Origin: Eledone cirrhosa
Lineage: Eukaryota
Length of the DNA: 64,000 nt
Reading direction: 5' to 3'
Assembly (NCBI GenBank): GCA_964016885.1
Contig: OZ024747.1
Location: 73,532,001 to 73,596,000 of the forward strand
Below, one piece after another: positions 13,820 through 28,669 of the stretch; the first letter of the stretch is position 1, and each line of letters starts with the position of its first letter. A program made the position numbers and the translations under genes. The notes under the pieces were generated by a model. That model saw only the letters and a list, made by a program, of their open reading frames with translations. It was not told the origin of the DNA and made no database searches.

Positions 13820-16800
13820 AGTTTGAATGTGCCAATAACAATCCAGAACAGACTTTTCACAATGGAATTGGACACAGCTACTACAGGCAATTTTGTTTCC
13901 TTGTCAGTTTGGAAACAATTAGGAAAACCGAAGCTGCAAGATGTGAAACATTTGAATCTGCCAGCAAGCACGACCTGCCCGTTCTGGGAACTTTCATGGG
14001 CCAAACCAAGGATCCAACTACCGGTAAACGGAATTCAATACCCTACATCGTCACCAAGATACCTGATCTTAATTTGCTGGGACGAAACGCTATCCAGACT
14101 GGGAATTTCCGTGGACAATGCTCTAGGATTGAAAAGCATAGACAGCCAGGCCAAGAGTGAGGGTGCAGAAGTGATGCATCCAAAGACCTCAAATGAGCCC
14201 TATATTTCCATGCAACGAGATTGTCACAACATGTGATGAATTCCCAGATCTCTTCAAGCAAGAATTGGGATGTCTTAATGACTTCGAACTGGAAGTGAAG
14301 TTCAAGTCGGACGCGACACCGGTCCTTCACAAGGCACGCCCGGTCCCGTTTGCTCTTCGTGATGACCTGCCCAAAGGTTACGAAGAAGGCATCGCCAAAG
14401 GAATCTGGAAGCCAGTACAGTTCAACGAATACGGAACGCCAGTGGTACCGATTCGTAAAGCACATACTTCAGGCAACCTGAAGCCCAAACTACGGATTTG
14501 TGGTGACTACTCTGTGGGAATTAATGACCAACTTGCAGATCATCGTCATCCAATGCCACTCCCAGAGGAACTGATGCAGAAGCTCGGAGGTGGATTCGGA
14601 TACACAAAGATTGATCTTGCTGATGCCTATAATCAGATCAAGCTGGCTCCAGAAAGTCAACGCAGGCTTGCACTCAGCACTTACCGTGGGGTGCTCCTGC
14701 AGGAACGACTCCCTTTCGGAATCAAGTCAGCACCTGGTTACTTTCAGGAGATCATGGACAACCTGACTCAAGATCTACCTGGTGTGGCCGTCTTCCAGGA
14801 CGACATGCTCATTAGTTGGAAAGATGCAAACGATCACCTGAACAACCTAAAGTGTCTGCTCACACGTCTGTGCGACAAAGGATTCAGATGTCACCGTGAC
14901 AAGTGCCAGTTTGCACTACCCAGTGTGGAATACCTTGGACACACCTTGTCGGCTGAAGGGATTGCGAAGGGATCCAAGGTCGAAGCAGTTTTAAAGATGC
15001 CACCTCCAACGAACGTCTCAAGCTTGAAGTCTTCCCTGGATTCAGTTCACTTCTATGGAAAGTTTATCCCAAACCTGGCCAGCATGGTAGAGCCACTCTA
15101 TTGCCTTACGAAAAAAACGACTACTTGGAAGTGGGGAGTTGAAGAACAGTCAGCTTTCGATCAGTTGAAAAATGTGCTTTCATCGGATCAAGTTCTGATA
15201 CACTTCGATCCAAACAAAACTTTGGGACTGGCTTGCGACGCGTCAAACGTTGGTATTGGAGCAGTCCTGTTTCATCGCTATCCTGATGGAAGCGAGCGCC
15301 CAATATCCAATGTGTCCAAGACTCTTACTTCTGCACAGCGTAACTACGGCCAAATTCAAAAGGAAGCCCTGGCCATCATATTTGGCTTGCAGAAGTTCTA
15401 TCAGTATCTCTACGAACATCAGTTTATACTCGTAACTGACCACAAGCCACTGACATCACTGTTCAGTCCGAGGAAAGGGACGCCACTTCTCGCTGCTAAC
15501 CGACTAGCACGGTGGGCCCTGTGGCTGAACCAGTTTGACTACACCATCGAATATCGGAAAACAGCGGATCATGGCAATGCAGATGCCCTCAGTCGCTTGC
15601 CATTTGGTAATGACATCGACTTTGACAGGAAGGAAAATGGTGAAGACATGGACATGGTGTGCGCCATCAAAGCTCTCAGTCTTCAAGTCCAACCTATCGA
15701 TTCTAACGTCCTCCGTCAAGAGTCAGGGAAAAATCCAGTGATATCTACAGTGATACGCTACGTCCGTGAAGGCTGGCCACCAAAGAATACTGAGATCAAT
15801 GACGAAGTCAATAAGTTCCGGAAGTTATCGGATTCACTCAGTATCTGTCACGGATGCCTTATCCATGGATCGAGAGTTGTGATTCCACATAGCTTACAGC
15901 CAAAGATCCTCAATCTTCTGCATCTCGGACACTTTGGCATGGGGCGCATGAAACAATTGACAAGAACTGCTGTTTATTGGCCTGGTATCGATGCCGCTAT
16001 AGAGAAAACCAGTCGACAATGTGATTCGTGTGGTGAACATCAAAACCAGCCATCCAAGTCTCCAGTTCACCCATGGATGTTACCTGAAAAGCCGTGAAGC
16101 CGCTTACACCTGGACCACGCAATAAATTTCATGGGCAGTAATTGGTTGGTGATCACGGATGCTTATTCCAAGTATCCATGCTTTCATCCTACGTCATCCA
16201 CGTTCTCCAGAGCCACTTTAGATCTGCTTGAAGAAGACTTTGCGCACTTCGGATTTCCTCACACGCTAGTCACCGATAACGCACCAACTTTTATTTCTGA
16301 GGAGTTCCAGAGCTGGTGCAAAGAACGTGGGATCACGCACCTGACAGGGGAACCTTACCACCCAGCTACTAACGGAGCAGCGGAACGTTTGGTGCAGACC
16401 TTCAAACAAGCTCTGAGGAAGACTTCTCTTCCGCCGAAGCGAGCACTTCAAAGAGTTCTTGATGCAGTACCGGAGAACACCGACATCCAGTGGATTCTCT
16501 CCGAGTGAACTTTTGAATCACCGACAGATACGGACAAGGATTGATTCTCTGCTGCCCTCGCCAGCACACATCGCTCAAGGCAAGCAATCTAAGGAAGCAT
16601 ATAAGTCTCAGATGACTCCGGACTCGGCAAGTGTCGCTAAGGTTACCAGGCAGTACAAGGCTGGAGATCCTGTGTATGCACTGTACTACGGACCTCGCCG
16701 AGACAAAGATCCCCGATGGGTACCAGCAATCATTAAGAAGTCATTGGGTACTCGCTGCTTCAACGTTAAGGTCATACCTCATGGCCCGGTGTGGAGACGA

Positions 16801-17034
16801 CACTGGGAACAGCTGCAACCGCGGTACACTACTGAAGAAGACAATGAACCTGGTGATGCAGTAGACAATGTTTTTGAATTTGCAACAGATCACCCGATGG
16901 AGATCTCGGAAATCGTGCCACTAACTCCAAGACAGACCAGACCCAAGACGTTGTTGCCCGTTCCAGAGTATGGACCAGACAATCGAAGACGGTCCAAGAG
17001 AACTCGTAAACCCCCAGAGAGACTTTGCTGTTGA
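13820..17034 (+). pseudogene. pol: pol (aspartic protease, reverse transcriptase, RNase H, integrase), disrupted
   Basis: PR: ELDTATTGNF (~13871) and LNLLGR. RT: LRICGDY, KIDLADAYNQI, LPFGIKSAP, VFQDD (14793-14804), YLGH. RH: ACDASNVGIGAVL, TDHKPL. IN: HHCC (LHLGH...CDSC) and core LDHA/VTDNA/NGAAER. Frameshifts at ~13950, ~14097, ~14230 and ~16452; TGA at 16095-16097. Confidence 0.95.
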
Positions 17035-17058
17035 TGCTTCTTTTGTCGCATCAATTTC

Positions 17059-17068
17059 GGTGGGGAGG
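17059..17068 (+). promoter_or_regulatory. Polypurine tract
   Basis: GGTGGGGAGG immediately before the TG of the 3' LTR. Confidence 0.85.
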
Positions 17069-17335
17069 TGTTGTATGGACTGGGAATCGAACTCACAACC
17101 TCATTGTTGTATGGACTGTTAAATTTCTATTCAATTTACACGTGCTCACACATTTGCATATGAATCACGTGACCTGGGCAGTCAGTCAGCGTTGGTATTA
17201 AAAACTCGGTCACAGATTGCTACTGACTTTATGTTATTCTGCTACTGCGAGGAGGGGCGTTTTGGTTGTTTCGGAAATTACACAAATTATTTGATATAAC
17301 TCGTTGTGTTTTCTCTGCGAGTACCGAGAGGTACA
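17069..17335 (+). repeat. 3' LTR
   Basis: Starts TGTTGTATGGACTGGG and matches the 5' LTR. The terminal bases are altered (GAGAGGTACA vs GAGAGGAATACAACA). Confidence 0.93.
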
Positions 17336-19403
17336 GATCAATTTCAATGACTATTATTATCACCTCGATTCTAATCATTATCATTTACCAACATCTTGGT
17401 CATTAAATAAACTAATAGATCGTAGTTACTGTTCTCTATGTTATATTATTGTTCTCATGTTTTGTCCTAGACTGTTTGTCTGAGAGACGTATTTCGCAGT
17501 GGATATTGAGAGATAATTGTTGCAGTGATATCAAATTATCTGGTTGTGTTTGGATATCAATAAAACAATTCTGAAATTAAATGTTAGAGATATATCTCGA
17601 ACTATATCATTATAATAATGCATATATTTATTGTTGTGTGGATATGAATGCGTATGCCTGTGTAGAGTCATTAATATCTGACCATATAGGTGTGTATAGG
17701 TTTTTATGTACGTGCTTTTATAACATTTTGCACACAACACATACTGACTGACATACATACGCGCGTGCGCACACACACACATATACATATGTATATATAG
17801 ATCCTCACAGGGAGGATTCAATAAGACATTAGACAGACAACCAGGCGGTGGGCCACTTGCGCATACTCTAACAGTGTCAGAATGCTATGTATATGGCGAA
17901 GGCATTAAACTGACATAGATCCATATTAACTGTAAGTATCAAGGAATGTCATATTTCACCATACTAAATAGGAGCATGCGTGCTTAAGTGACGATTGTTT
18001 TATTGCATTACAGTATTGATTAGTCACAGTTATGGATCCCTATTCTCAGCATATGTGGTACGCTCTAGGGAAGAAACATCCAGAAAATGAAAATATTTTT
18101 CAGACATAACATTTACCCAAATTTAAATTTTCCTTTGTACGGATATCGTCTCCCTTGTAGCCATTAATCTTTCTCGTGGATGTTATAAGTATTCAATGTG
18201 AGGTTTAGCTCTAATCCGGTTTAAGGAAGAAAATCTATGTTCCCACTCTGTCCATCCCGTCCTTGTTTTTCATACAAAGGGCGTTTAGATTATATTATTA
18301 AATATAATCTTTCGTTTTTTAAAGATGCTGAGTCAATAGGGTCTTCCTTTTAAAACTTTCATTGAAGAGTCAATGAACAATTAGACAAAGAAAATGTTTC
18401 TGGTGGAGTTAAAATATTCTGATTAAACAATATTTGTTGGAATTCTGTTACTGGTTATTTTCTTTCTGGCGCTTCTGAAGCCATTGGAATATGTGTAATA
18501 ACGTCATAGCTTTCAACACTAAGATTACGTCAATGTAATATCTAATTATGAAGAGAGAAAGAGAGACGTGGTAACGAAAGAAAATACTTGATTATTCTTT
18601 ATATTTTCAACCATCACGCGATAACTTCTGTACGTTGAACGGAGTCAAGTGCAGGCTATTTGTTGTTAAGGAAATGTTTGTGTTATATGAATTATTTTAA
18701 GAAAGCATTGAAAGTAAATTATGATGAGAGAACATCACTTTTATTTCTGTTCCTATAATTGGTAGGTTGTTTGCGGAACAATGGATATTTTTCTCTGCAG
18801 GTCACAGAGTACACAGAGTAGTTATCCCCATTTCATTTGTAAATTTCTTATATTATTTTATGGGTTTGATGGTAAAAAAGATGACAGAGAAGGAGAGAAA
18901 GAGGGGAGACGCTTGAGAAGGAAAATGAATTGGTCCAAAATCTTGTCAGAAAGAACGAGAGAAATATCAGATGCTGTGATAATATTATCATTGTGAAAAC
19001 ACTTCCTAGTTACACAATAAAAATAACTGTTCAGATTGAATCAATTTCTGCCAAACATTTTTTAATAGAGATATTTACAAAAAGAAGCTTCTTTTTGTTA
19101 TAGTAACAATGGGAAAACGAGAAACTGTTTTGTCGTTTCAGTTATGGTTGGCAATATAGCTTATTATTGTCTCATTAACAGTATGTCAGAAAAACGTGAT
19201 TGTTTTGTTCGGATAAAACTAATTAAGAATTATATAAGACTGGATACGGAGCATTTCACAGACACACAGGTAAATTGGAAACTTGCCACATATGCAATAC
19301 AGATCAAATAAGACGAAAGGTCAACATTAAACGAAACATTATATGCATATATATATGAAATAATTTAAAATACTTAATTTGTTTTAAGCATGAAACATGA
19401 AAT

Positions 19404-19586
19404 TATTGTTTCTACTTTTGGCACAAGGCCAGCAATACCCAGTACATTACTGGTACTTTATTTTATCGACCCCGTAAGGATGAAAGGCAAAGTTAACCTC
19501 GGCGGGATTTGAACTCAGAATGGCAAGGGCCGTAACTCAATGGTCAAAGCATGGCGTCCGACGCTCTACCGATACTGCCAATCCAC
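19404..19586 (-). mobile_element. tRNA-derived SINE
   Basis: Reverse complement of the 9987 family, closely similar to that copy. Confidence 0.9.
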
Positions 19587-19649
19587 ATAATGAACGACAA
19601 TTATGCCCGGTTACTAAACTGAGTAATGGATTACTAACCTTACTAATAA

Positions 19650-19862
19650 TGGTTTGTCATTTAGACACGAGGCCAAATATTTGAGTGGGGGGAAAAGGCG
19701 ATTAAATTGACCCCAGTGCGTTATATGTATTTAATTTATCGTCTACGTCAGGACGAAAAACTAAGCTAACCTTGGTTGGATTTGAACTCAGAACACAAAG
19801 GGACGTAACTACATGCCGCAAAACATGGTGTCTGACGCTCTACAGATATTTCCAATCCACCT
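19650..19862 (-). mobile_element. Older diverged SINE of the same superfamily
   Basis: TTTATCGTC...GGATTTGAACTCAGAAC...GGACGTAACTA...CAATCCAC. Confidence 0.7.
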
Positions 19863-20354
19863 CCTCAGTTACCTGAGTAATAATCAAAACTGAATGGAAT
19901 ATCAAGAGGTGCGTGTGTTTCTATTGGTAGACTGGCCCTCCCAAAGTATAACAATTGCCAATAGAGAGGCACATAACACATTCACACATATGTACATGTA
20001 TACATACGTATTATTGAATGGATTCCATTCGATTTCAACTTTAATCATTCCTGTTGTTTAATCATCAGAACTGCAAACTCATTGAATTAGCGTGTAATTA
20101 ACTGAATATTTCACAGGCACGTTAGATATTTACTCCTCAGGAAGAATCAACGACAGACATATGCGTTTCTTCACAATTCCCATCTTTCCAATTCCACTCA
20201 CAAGACTTTCGTCGACTCGAACCTGCCTAAGATGTCAGGCAGTGTGATTGAACCCGGGACATAATTAGAGCGGAGCAAACTTTGTCCCGTGGGCTTTACT
20301 GCCTCCAAATTTCACATTGTTGAGATAGCACCAAATCTACGGTAAAAAGATGAT

Positions 20355-20765
20355 ATACATACATAAACACATATTTGTACGTACATACATATATACGTAT
20401 CTACGTACATACATACATAAACACACATTTGTACGTACATACATATATAAGTATGTTTGTTGTATCAAAATTGTTGTATCAAAATTGTTGTATCAAAATA
20501 CAACAATTTTTTTTGGTCACTGGACTCGGGAATGTCACGACAGAAGTTTGTGGAAGTTACACAAATATTTTAGTATATTTTACCAGAGCAATACTTATTT
20601 ATATATAAGTATGTACGTACATACATACATAAACACGCATTTGTACGTACATACATATATACGTACGTACGTAAATACATACATAAACACACATTTGTAC
20701 GTACATACATATATACGTATGTACGTACATACATACATAAACACATATTTGTAGGTACATACATA
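20355..20765. repeat. ~48-bp minisatellite (ACATAAACACACATTTGTACGTACATACATATATACGTA...), resuming at 21257-21400
   Basis: Directly visible. Interrupted by a ~150-bp insert (~20456-20603) and by the element at 20769-21256. Confidence 0.85.
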
Positions 20766-20768
20766 TAT

Positions 20769-21256
20769 GGTGGCTGCCAACTCGTTTTCGAGTACGGCCA
20801 CTACTTTATATCCATGTAGGAGAACCCCTACCGATGCGCTGAACGAATGTGACTTTTTAGCCCAGCCAGCGACTTGAAAACTCTGGTACAAACACTACAC
20901 TTGTGACAATTATTGACACATAGTGCTGGGCCCATGGTACCATGTGACGACAAGTGCAGAGAGATCTCCAGATATAAAGCAATGCCTGTGCCGTGAAGTT
21001 TTTACAGTGAGCAAAGGCACTGCACAAAGCCAGTCCCACTCTCTTAACCAAGATGATATTTACCAAAAAGAACAAGTCAACATCATTGGATACCATCAGA
21101 GTTGCAGGTGTTATATCAGAGTTCTCCTTCTCCTAGAATTCTGCCTTGACAAAGGCTAAGGGGTCATCTCTCCCGGTGATTTTGGATGGCCATTGACTCG
21201 TAAGAGCTCCTTTACCCTTTGACAGGTTTTGTTTTTAGTCCTGCAGGATGTCCAAA
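20769..21256 (-). mobile_element. Non-autonomous RTE-derived (bipartite) retroposon, 5'-truncated
   Basis: Reverse complement of ~42473-42990, with the same 3' end CTCGAAAACGAGTTGGCAGCCACC(AT)n. Confidence 0.8.
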
Positions 21257-22412
21257 TATGTATGTATGTATATACGTATGTACGTACATCTATACATACA
21301 TAAACACACATTTGTACGTACATACATATATACGTACGTACGTACATACATACGTACGCCAATACGTACATACATTCTTACGTACATACGTACGTGCATA
21401 CATTCGTTACAACAGTTCAAGTGGTTTAGTTAACATAGAACAGAAACTGTTTGATTCCATCTTCTCACTAAATATTTTTTCATGTATAAAGATTTATTAT
21501 TTATTGTTTAAATTTTGTTTAATGGAAATTTAAAAAAAAATCGTTTATTGACAAAATCATAAAAAAATCTATATAATGTTATTTGTCTTGAAAGAGTATT
21601 GGGTAAAAATTTCAATGGTTACTGACCTTGTGCAGACAAGAAATATTTACACCTTCTATGAGTAAACAACTTTACTGATGCTTGTAAAAATAATGAATAA
21701 TTTGTGTGTAAGACCATTATCATTTAAAATCATTGAACAAAAAAGATAAACAATATAAATCTAACATCTTATAATTACATTTCTTTACATTAATTATAAA
21801 TTAAGAAGCATTTATATATCGTTGACTCCTCTACATATCAATCGTCTAATTTATACACACACACACAGACAATCATACATACGCTCACACACACACACTC
21901 ACACACGTACACACACACATATATATACACACAAACACACGTACACACACATATATATATACACACACACTTCAGAATTTACTATATAATCAGAGTATGT
22001 TTCTGTGAAATTTCACATTTTATCGCCGTGTAATCATGAAATATTTTGTTCATTGATATGTCTAGGGAACACATCTTTTGCTGGCTGAGATTCTAAACGT
22101 GATTCTAAAAATAACACACGATTTTTTTCATCTTTTGTCAACAAAGATCTCAGATAGATAATAATTTCCTCAAACTGTGTGCAATACCTAGGAAAGTCAC
22201 CGTTTGTATTGCACTTAACATGTATAGTATTCCTAGCCGCTTTAAGAAGTTTTCAAGTTTCAATGGTTTTGACCCTAATGTCCCGATCACAACTGCATTC
22301 CAAATAGTTTTGCCAGTTCCACTTCCAATTTAGAGTAGTTGATAATTTTTTTAAATATTCGAGTCATTTGTTATGACTACGTCGATGATCTGGCAGTATT
22401 TGTGTTTCTTGT

Positions 22413-22625
22413 TGATTGGCAGTATCGGTAGAGGGTCTGACGCCATGCTTTGCAGCATAGAGTTACGGTCCTTTCTGATCTGAGTTCAAATCCCGCCGAG
22501 GTTAACTTTGCCTTTCATCCTTACGGGGTCGATAAGATAAAGGATCAGTCACGCACTGGGGTTGATTTAATAGAGCTACCCCTCCTCCAAAGTTGCTGGC
22601 ATTGTGCCTCAGTCAGAAACGATTA
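22413..22625 (+). mobile_element. tRNA-derived SINE (variant tail)
   Basis: Same head and body as the 8107 family, with a longer 3' region ending in (ATT)n. Confidence 0.85.
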
Positions 22626-22845
22626 TTATTATTACTATGTACAAACTCAAATGTTTGATCCAATAAAATAGATACTGCGATTGGCTGATAAAATTCTTTT
22701 TTCATTTTAGGAATTATTTTCGATACATAAGTTAGGGAGGAAAATAACATTAACTCTAAAATTGAGAAGAAAATAGAAAACACGCAATGTTAAAACCAGA
22801 GTCTGTCTGTCTGTCTGTCTATCGATATATCTATTTATCTATATC

Positions 22846-23160
22846 TTGGCCCGTGTGAATGGGCCTTCACTCTACATCAGACTATAGGTGAGGAAGATGA
22901 AAGATCAAGGGATCACCCCCTATCTGTGTTCCTGAGGAGAAGGGTTGCACACTTTTTTAGGGGGGGGGGGCTGCGACCCCCCATGGCGCCTCCTCCCTAT
23001 TGAGGATTTTGTTATTAAATTTATTTTTGTTATATTTTATATATTATTTTTATATTTTGTTATTGCCTCCTCCTTATTGAGGACACCTTTTTATGTAAAC
23101 TACCCCATTGTACTTGTCCCACTTTTTGATGCCCTGGTGGCAAATAAAAAGAAAGTTATC
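22846..23160 (+). mobile_element. Probable 3' end of an L1/Tx1-type LINE
   Basis: Short terminal coding remnant (ARVNGPSLYIRL*), GC-rich then T-rich UTR, a repeated GCCTCCTCCYTATTGAGGA motif, and AATAAA followed by a simple-repeat tail inside a (TCTA)-like tract. The clade call rests on recognition only. Confidence 0.45.
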
Positions 23161-23893
23161 TATTTATTTATATCTATATCAATGCATGTATTATGCATGT
23201 ATGTATGCATATTATAATATATATATGTATGCATGTATACATATATGTATGTATGTAAGTATGTATGTATGTATGTATGTATGTATAACTGTATGTATGT
23301 ATATGCGTATGTATTTATGTGTGTATGCATGTATATATGTGTGTATATATGTATGTATGTGTGTATGCATGTATATATGTGTGTATATATGTATGTATGT
23401 GTATTCTCTCGGGGTATTATATTTTCTGTAGTGAATGCTTGTGTGTTTATTTACATTGTGAGAAGGAGTGGTCGTGAGAGAAAGAATAAAAGAAATATGT
23501 GATACATTTGGCAGTTTTATTGCTGCCACGCTTTAATGCAGTAATGATCTACAACATATCATGGAAATAGCGTTAAGAAGCAATTCCCAGAAACCAAAAC
23601 AGAAGGGGATAGCTTTAGTCCTTCACCTATTGGCATTAAAACCATTCAGCAATATCAATTGAAGCATTTAACTCAGAATACAGTCATATCACTATATTTG
23701 CATCATTGAACGTAAGAGCTATCGATAAGTGGAAGTCAGCTATTTATATTGATGTCTGTATATCTATAAATGTTGCCAATAAACATGGCTTTTACTCATT
23801 ACGTTTTCTGTGTTTCGGCCCCTCTTCATTATTTTACTTTTGTTTTTTATTGTTTTTACCTATATTCTCTAAGATCTTTCATTCTTTTGTTTT

Positions 23894-23976
23894 TCTTCTT
23901 CTTCTTCTTCTTCTTCTTCTTCTTCTTCTTCTTCTTCTTCTTCTTCTTCTTCTTCTTCTTCTTCTTCTTCTTCTTC
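23894..23976. repeat. (CTT)n microsatellite
   Basis: Directly visible. Confidence 0.95.
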
Positions 23977-26060
23977 TATATTCCATTCTTTTGAAGATCT
24001 AAAAAAATAATGATTATTGTCTACTTTACCATATTTCTTCTCCGCCATTTCTAGTCTCTCTGCTATCCTTTATTTTCTAGAACCTTGTTTTTTTTTCGCG
24101 TTGTTCCATTTTCCTTTTTACTCTCCCGATCTTTAAGATGTTGTCTTATTAATCTATTTCGCTTAGGAATGGATTTTTCTGTTTAAATCTCTTTCTCACA
24201 ATTTTCCCATCTTCCTTTATACTTCCATATTTCTCTGACCAACTATATCAGGATTCCTCTTTTATATAAAAACAACAACAAAATCTACCAATAAACTAGC
24301 TGTCCTGCAACATAAATCTACATCTACACAACACTACGATTTGACACATACATATACAAGAAAAAAACGTGCGCACACATGAATATACAAATACATATTC
24401 ATACTTGTACACACATGCACGCAGTTACTTACACACGCACACACATACACATCCAAACACACAAACAAGCAAACACACACTGAAACATATATGAAATCCA
24501 ATGTGGTCACCTGACACACTACGTGAAATATTTGCGTCAGCAAATATTTCACGTATTCGTTAGTTTCAGTATATATATACACATGCATAGATACATGCAC
24601 ACATATATACATACATACATACATATAATCATGCACACATACACGTACATACATACTTGCGCACACACATACATACACACATACAGACACCCATACATAC
24701 ACACTCATATATGTACACACATACATACATGACAACACATACATACATGACAACACACGCATATATATATGGAATTGAATACTCCTCCGCCTGTTTCGAC
24801 GAAGAGGTGTTTAACAATTGTTTGATACACCGAGTAGCCTGCTCGTGCAATTATCTCGTAAATGTTCAATAGAACACAAACTGACCAGGCAGACCCTTAG
24901 AATTATAGGCATAGTTGATCAGAACTACCATCGATCTAAGCAAGAACAACAAACGAAACAATAGATCTGATGTTTGCAAGTAACAATTCATCTTATATAC
25001 AAATGTTTAATTATTCTCCATGTTGAGGTAGATTTTATAATTTAAAATATGTTTAGGAATAACTATTCAAGAATATATATACATTAAGTACCCTATATTC
25101 TTCTCCCAATATTTTCTTTTATTAAAAGTACTAAGATAGCACATGATATATTTATAGTATGCAACATTACAGCAGAGCCAACTTCGAAAATGTTACACGC
25201 TCCATCAATCTTCAGAGAAATTGCAGCAAGATGTTCTTCAAATACTACACGCCATCGTCTTGAAAAAGTTGAAAAATAAGACACATTGTGAATAGAGTTC
25301 TGGATATAGAAATATGTCAATATGATCTTGACACGAACATCTTTTATCAACAATAACTACGACAACACAATTATGGGAATGGACATGGGTAATAAGAAGT
25401 ATATTCAATAATGTGATACCACAATGTCAATAATGTATTTTTGTGTAATGTAAATACAAATAGTACTTCTCATAGGAAATGCTTTAGTTAAAAGAGAGGA
25501 GGGATTTTTGACAAAACAATGGTTCTATTGAGCCAAAATCATGAGTGAGTTACAAAGAATTTCAAAGTCTTTGTTTTGAATCCATGATATGAAATTCTCG
25601 TTCGTGATATTACACTACACTTATTCTTATTTTTTTTAATATCATTATTGTTGTAAGGGTTATTTTTGTTATTGCCATCAAATGGAAGACTAAAGCGACA
25701 CACGTTTTATACCAATTACACATTCCACTAAAGTCACTTTTGTTTACCTAAATATACCATAGTGCCTTCCTTAAAAGGTAAATATGTTTATATCTCCATT
25801 TCAGATCAGAATAGGAATATATGCTTCTTATAGCAAACGATTGGACTTTGATTTGTACATTTTGTGTACATATAACCATTCCATTACGTATGAATAGAAG
25901 TGAAAATACACACAAACATACAGAGACAAACAGACATAGACACACAGACGTAGGCACACAGGCGTAGTCAGACATACATAGACACACAGGCGTTGACACA
26001 CGCGTGTATATAAAAACATATACTATATGTTTATATACAATAAACATATGCTTAGCCTCG

Positions 26061-26118
<58 letters not shown>

Positions 26119-26630
26119 ATGTTTATGTATATGAAAAGATTCAGGACACCAACGGCTGAACTCCGGCCGCTTCGACAGCTTACCCCAAGATATCGAGTAC
26201 TCTGGTGCGTTAATGTCCACCTGGTATCTTACCACACTCTCTTTGTTATGTTTATATATAGAAATATGATATTTATGTGTGCATGTGCGTGTGAGCATGT
26301 GTGGGTTAGTGTTTATATTGTGGATGGAAATAGAGTAAGATCTGCGAACACATTCCTCTCTGCAATATATATGCAGATTAAATTTGCTTCAGACGCCATC
26401 TGCATAATAATTAGATCGCTATGTAGTCGAAACCACACCTAATAATTAGAGCATTCAACAACTAACGTTTATTCAGATAATCAATGAATTGAATGGAATG
26501 GACCTGCGTCAGTTTCAACGATGAGTCTTCCATGGCAATATATTCCTATACACTACATGAGACATATTAGATACGACGACATTAAACTCAACAATTCTAT
26601 ATAGAATTTCACTCGAAACAAATAAAAAAT

Positions 26631-26700
<70 letters not shown>

Positions 26701-26764
26701 TGAAATCGAAAATGCAACTGGAATCTTATTTAAAAAAAATATATATATTTATTTGGTTCCTACA

Positions 26765-27204
26765 GCATGCTACTGTACGTCTGTATACATATATGTATGT
26801 ACGTATACATACATACTTACATTTAAGTAAGTGCCATACTAAGAGTGAGAAATGAAATTTCGTTTTCATTTTATTTCAACTTATCGTTTTCGGTATGCCT
26901 GACCGATTTAACTCACTCAATATGCAAATTAGGCTGCTCAGCCGTTAATTTTCATAAGGAAAGTATATACTTTCGAACGTTCAACTATCTGGCAGATGGG
27001 TATACGGTATAGATGATAGCTAACAAGCTTGAAACTAGTACATCGTTCCTGTGTCAGTGTTGAACAAAAAAGTGACGTGGTTGCCTTAACACCGTATGGC
27101 ATAAATTCAGGCTGGTCAGTTTGTTTACAAACGAACAAAGCGGCGTTATAATAAGCGTCCGCTAAACTGATACGTGCATATATGTATGTGTACCTGTATG
27201 CATA

Positions 27205-27269
<65 letters not shown>

Positions 27270-27381
27270 TGCTACTGTACGTCTGTATACATATATGTAT
27301 GTACGTATACATACATACTTACATTTAAGTAAGTGCCATACTAAGAGGGAGAAATGAAATTTCGTTTTCATTTTATTTCAA

Positions 27382-27384
<3 letters not shown>
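26765..27384 (+). mobile_element. Hammerhead-bearing non-coding repeat (Penelope-like non-autonomous element or retrozyme), copy 1, direct arrangement A-B-C-A
   Basis: Segment A (26765-26882) is repeated at 27267-27384. The monomer B-C-A (26886-27384) is the reverse complement of 32536-32989. Contains a hammerhead motif and ends at a (TA)n tract. Confidence 0.7.
26979..27065 (+). ncRNA. Type-I hammerhead ribozyme, core mutated in this copy
   Basis: Extended stem I: GTTCAAC/GTTGAAC, CTGGCA/TGTCAG, ACGGT/ATCGT. Core reads TAGATGA instead of CTGATGA. Stem II AGCT-AACA-AGCT; GAAA; palindromic stem III ACTAGT; GTA triplet ending at 27040. Confidence 0.65.
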
Positions 27385-28078
<694 letters not shown>

Positions 28079-28637
28079 TGTATCCTTGTATATAAATATA
28101 TCCTTTTATATATGTGGTATATATTTGTCCTGTTCGTTACTTATTGTGATAGTAACAACACGATGCGTTTGGTGTAAAACTTGAATTTCAGCCAGATTTC
28201 ATAATACCTTTCCATAGCTTGTTACTCACTGAATCGTATTGACGTCAGCTAGTGTTATTAGAATATTCTAGCTATGCAACAGATCAGTGGGCACCATTGT
28301 ACATGTCACGTTAGATATTACAACGGCCATACCATCTACCAACTCAGCTTCATCGTATAAAAATGAAAACTGGATATATACTATTTACACTGATCTTTCA
28401 TTGTATATTTCTAAGGAATGGGATATATACCCATATACGTTTGCATATGTACTCACACACATTCATGCACATATAAAGCATAAATTTATAGACATACACA
28501 CACACATGCATACAAAAGCACAGATGCGCATAAACACAAACGTAAACCCGTAAAACATAACAATATACACACAAATACATAATATATCCCGCTCTTTTAA
28601 TATATACACACACACATACACACACACACACGCACAC

Positions 28638-28669
<32 letters not shown>

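Larger units (their letters stand above)
12353..17335 (+). mobile_element. Ty3/Gypsy LTR retrotransposon (Mag-like), near full length, degenerate
   Basis: Two ~270-bp LTRs, PBS, PPT, gag with CCHC knuckles and pol in PR-RT-RH-IN order. About 5 frameshifts and 1 premature stop. No clean TSD (TATC vs GATC). Confidence 0.97.

Noticed and set aside
12349-17339. Target-site duplication of the Gypsy element
   Set aside because: The flanks TATC and GATC match only 3 of 4, and the 3' LTR terminus is altered, so a TSD cannot be called.
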